Shown: positions 63,056-64,000 of the stretch, piece by piece
Position numbering within the stretch: position 1 is the stretch's first letter
How the letters are laid out: the number at the start of each line of letters is the position of its first letter
Notes under the pieces: model-generated
Databases searched by the model: none
What the model was told of the DNA's origin: nothing
The model's input: the letters and a program-made list of their open reading frames with translations, nothing else
DNA from: an uncultured delta proteobacterium
Lineage (GTDB): Bacteria > Desulfobacterota > Syntrophia > Syntrophales > UBA5619
Length of the DNA: 64,000 nt
Assembly: GCA_963817385.1 (NCBI GenBank)
Contig: CAWFOM010000006.1
Location: forward strand, 1 to 64,000
Direction: 5' to 3'
Translations under genes and position numbers: made by a program

Positions 63056-64000
63056 TAGTCCGCCTGCCTCCTCAAGAACGTGGGGATCTCCAGATCGGAA
63101 TGCTCATCCGCTTCGGCGGGTCCGGCTTTGAGCGGAGCGGCGGCGTCCGCAGGTTTTTCGTTCCGAATATAGGTGGGAACGGCCAGGTTGCTCCGTCGGA
63201 GGCTGCCGAGCGGGGTGACGTTGCTCTTGGCCATTTCCAGAGTTTCAAAGCCGGTCGCGATCACGGTGATCCGGATTTCATCTCCCATCGTTTCGTCGAC
63301 GACAGTGCCGAAAATGATGTTCGCATCCTCGTGTGCCTCCGACTGGATAAGCGTGGAAGCCTCGTGGATCTCATAGAGGGTCATGCTCGGCCCGCCGGTG
63401 ATGTTCAGAAGGACGCCACGGGCGCCCTGGATGGTGTTATCTTCCAAAAGCGGCGAGGAGATCGCCTTCTGGGCCGCCTCCACCGCCCGATTTTCGCCGC
63501 TGGCCACGCCGGTCCCCATCAGCGCCATGCCCATCTCCGACATGATGCTCTTGACATCGGCGAAGTCGAGATTGATGAGCCCGGGGACCATGATCAGATC
63601 GGAGATCCCCTTGACGGCGTGGTAGAGGATGTCATCGGCTTTCTTGAATGCCTCGAGGAGCGAGATATTGCGGCCGCCCAGACTCAGGAGCCGCTGGTTG
63701 GGGACGATGATGAGGGTGTCCACTATCTTTCTCAACTCGGCGATTCCCGCCTCGGCTTGGTTGTTGCGTCTTTTCCCTTCGAACTGGAAGGGCTTCGTCA
63801 CCACCGCTACGGTAAGCGCCCCCTGTTCCCGGGCGATCTCCGCCGCGATGGGTGCGCCGCCTGTGCCGGTGCCGCCGCCGAGCCCCGCGGTGATGAAAAT
63901 CATGTCGGCTCCCTCGAGCTGCTCCCTGATCAGCTCTCGGGTCTCCAGAGCGGCCTGTCTCCCGATATCGGGATCCGAACCGGCCCCCAGCCCCTTGGTG
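63055..64000 (-). CDS. ftsZ: Cell division protein FtsZ (5' end outside the window)
   Basis: [12 protein letters not shown] tubulin signature; INLDFADV; C-terminal [10 protein letters not shown]. Confidence 0.97.
   Translation of the reverse strand, partial: TKGLGAGSDPDIGRQAALETRELIREQLEGADMIFITAGLGGGTGTGGAPIAAEIAREQGALTVAVVTKPFQFEGKRRNNQAEAGIAELRKIVDTLIIVPNQRLLSLGGRNISLLEAFKKADDILYHAVKGISDLIMVPGLINLDFADVKSIMSEMGMALMGTGVASGENRAVEAAQKAISSPLLEDNTIQGARGVLLNITGGPSMTLYEIHEASTLIQSEAHEDANIIFGTVVDETMGDEIRITVIATGFETLEMAKSNVTPLGSLRRSNLAVPTYIRNEKPADAAAPLKAGPAEADEHSDLEIPTFLRRQAD

Noticed and set aside
1..64000. CRISPR array, cas genes, rRNA, intact transposase/integrase or reverse transcriptase
   Set aside because: No regularly spaced direct repeats or diagnostic motifs seen by eye.

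Overview
GC-rich bacterial chromosome segment. Its gene content resembles an anaerobic Desulfobacterota/Syntrophales-type deltaproteobacterium (inference). It contains: two multiheme cytochrome c / 4Fe-4S / NrfD modules split by an aapJQMP-type amino acid ABC transporter; dinB divergent from pgpA-cinA-thpR-recA-recX-alaS; an integron-cassette-like patch with two toxin-antitoxin pairs; an M16C peptidase; a VIT1 protein; nrpR-gdh; a LarA/UxaA/DHDPS-family catabolic operon; an AT-richer accessory region ending at tRNA-Glu; and housekeeping genes up to a partial ftsZ. Several signals are missed by the ORF track. Two clear in-frame UGA (selenocysteine) genes carry SECIS-like hairpins (TlpA-like UxxC and rhodanese CxU). 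A third unannotated 74-codon UxxC ORF begins at an integron core site. There is also a solitary attC, a roughly 180-nt structured intergenic RNA candidate, two terminator-containing leaders (one guanidine-IV-like), a GAAC-N4-GTTC SOS box, and an FGE/C-lectin protein with a DGR-like variable tip. Many genes, including essential alaS, are frameshifted, which suggests consensus sequencing errors.
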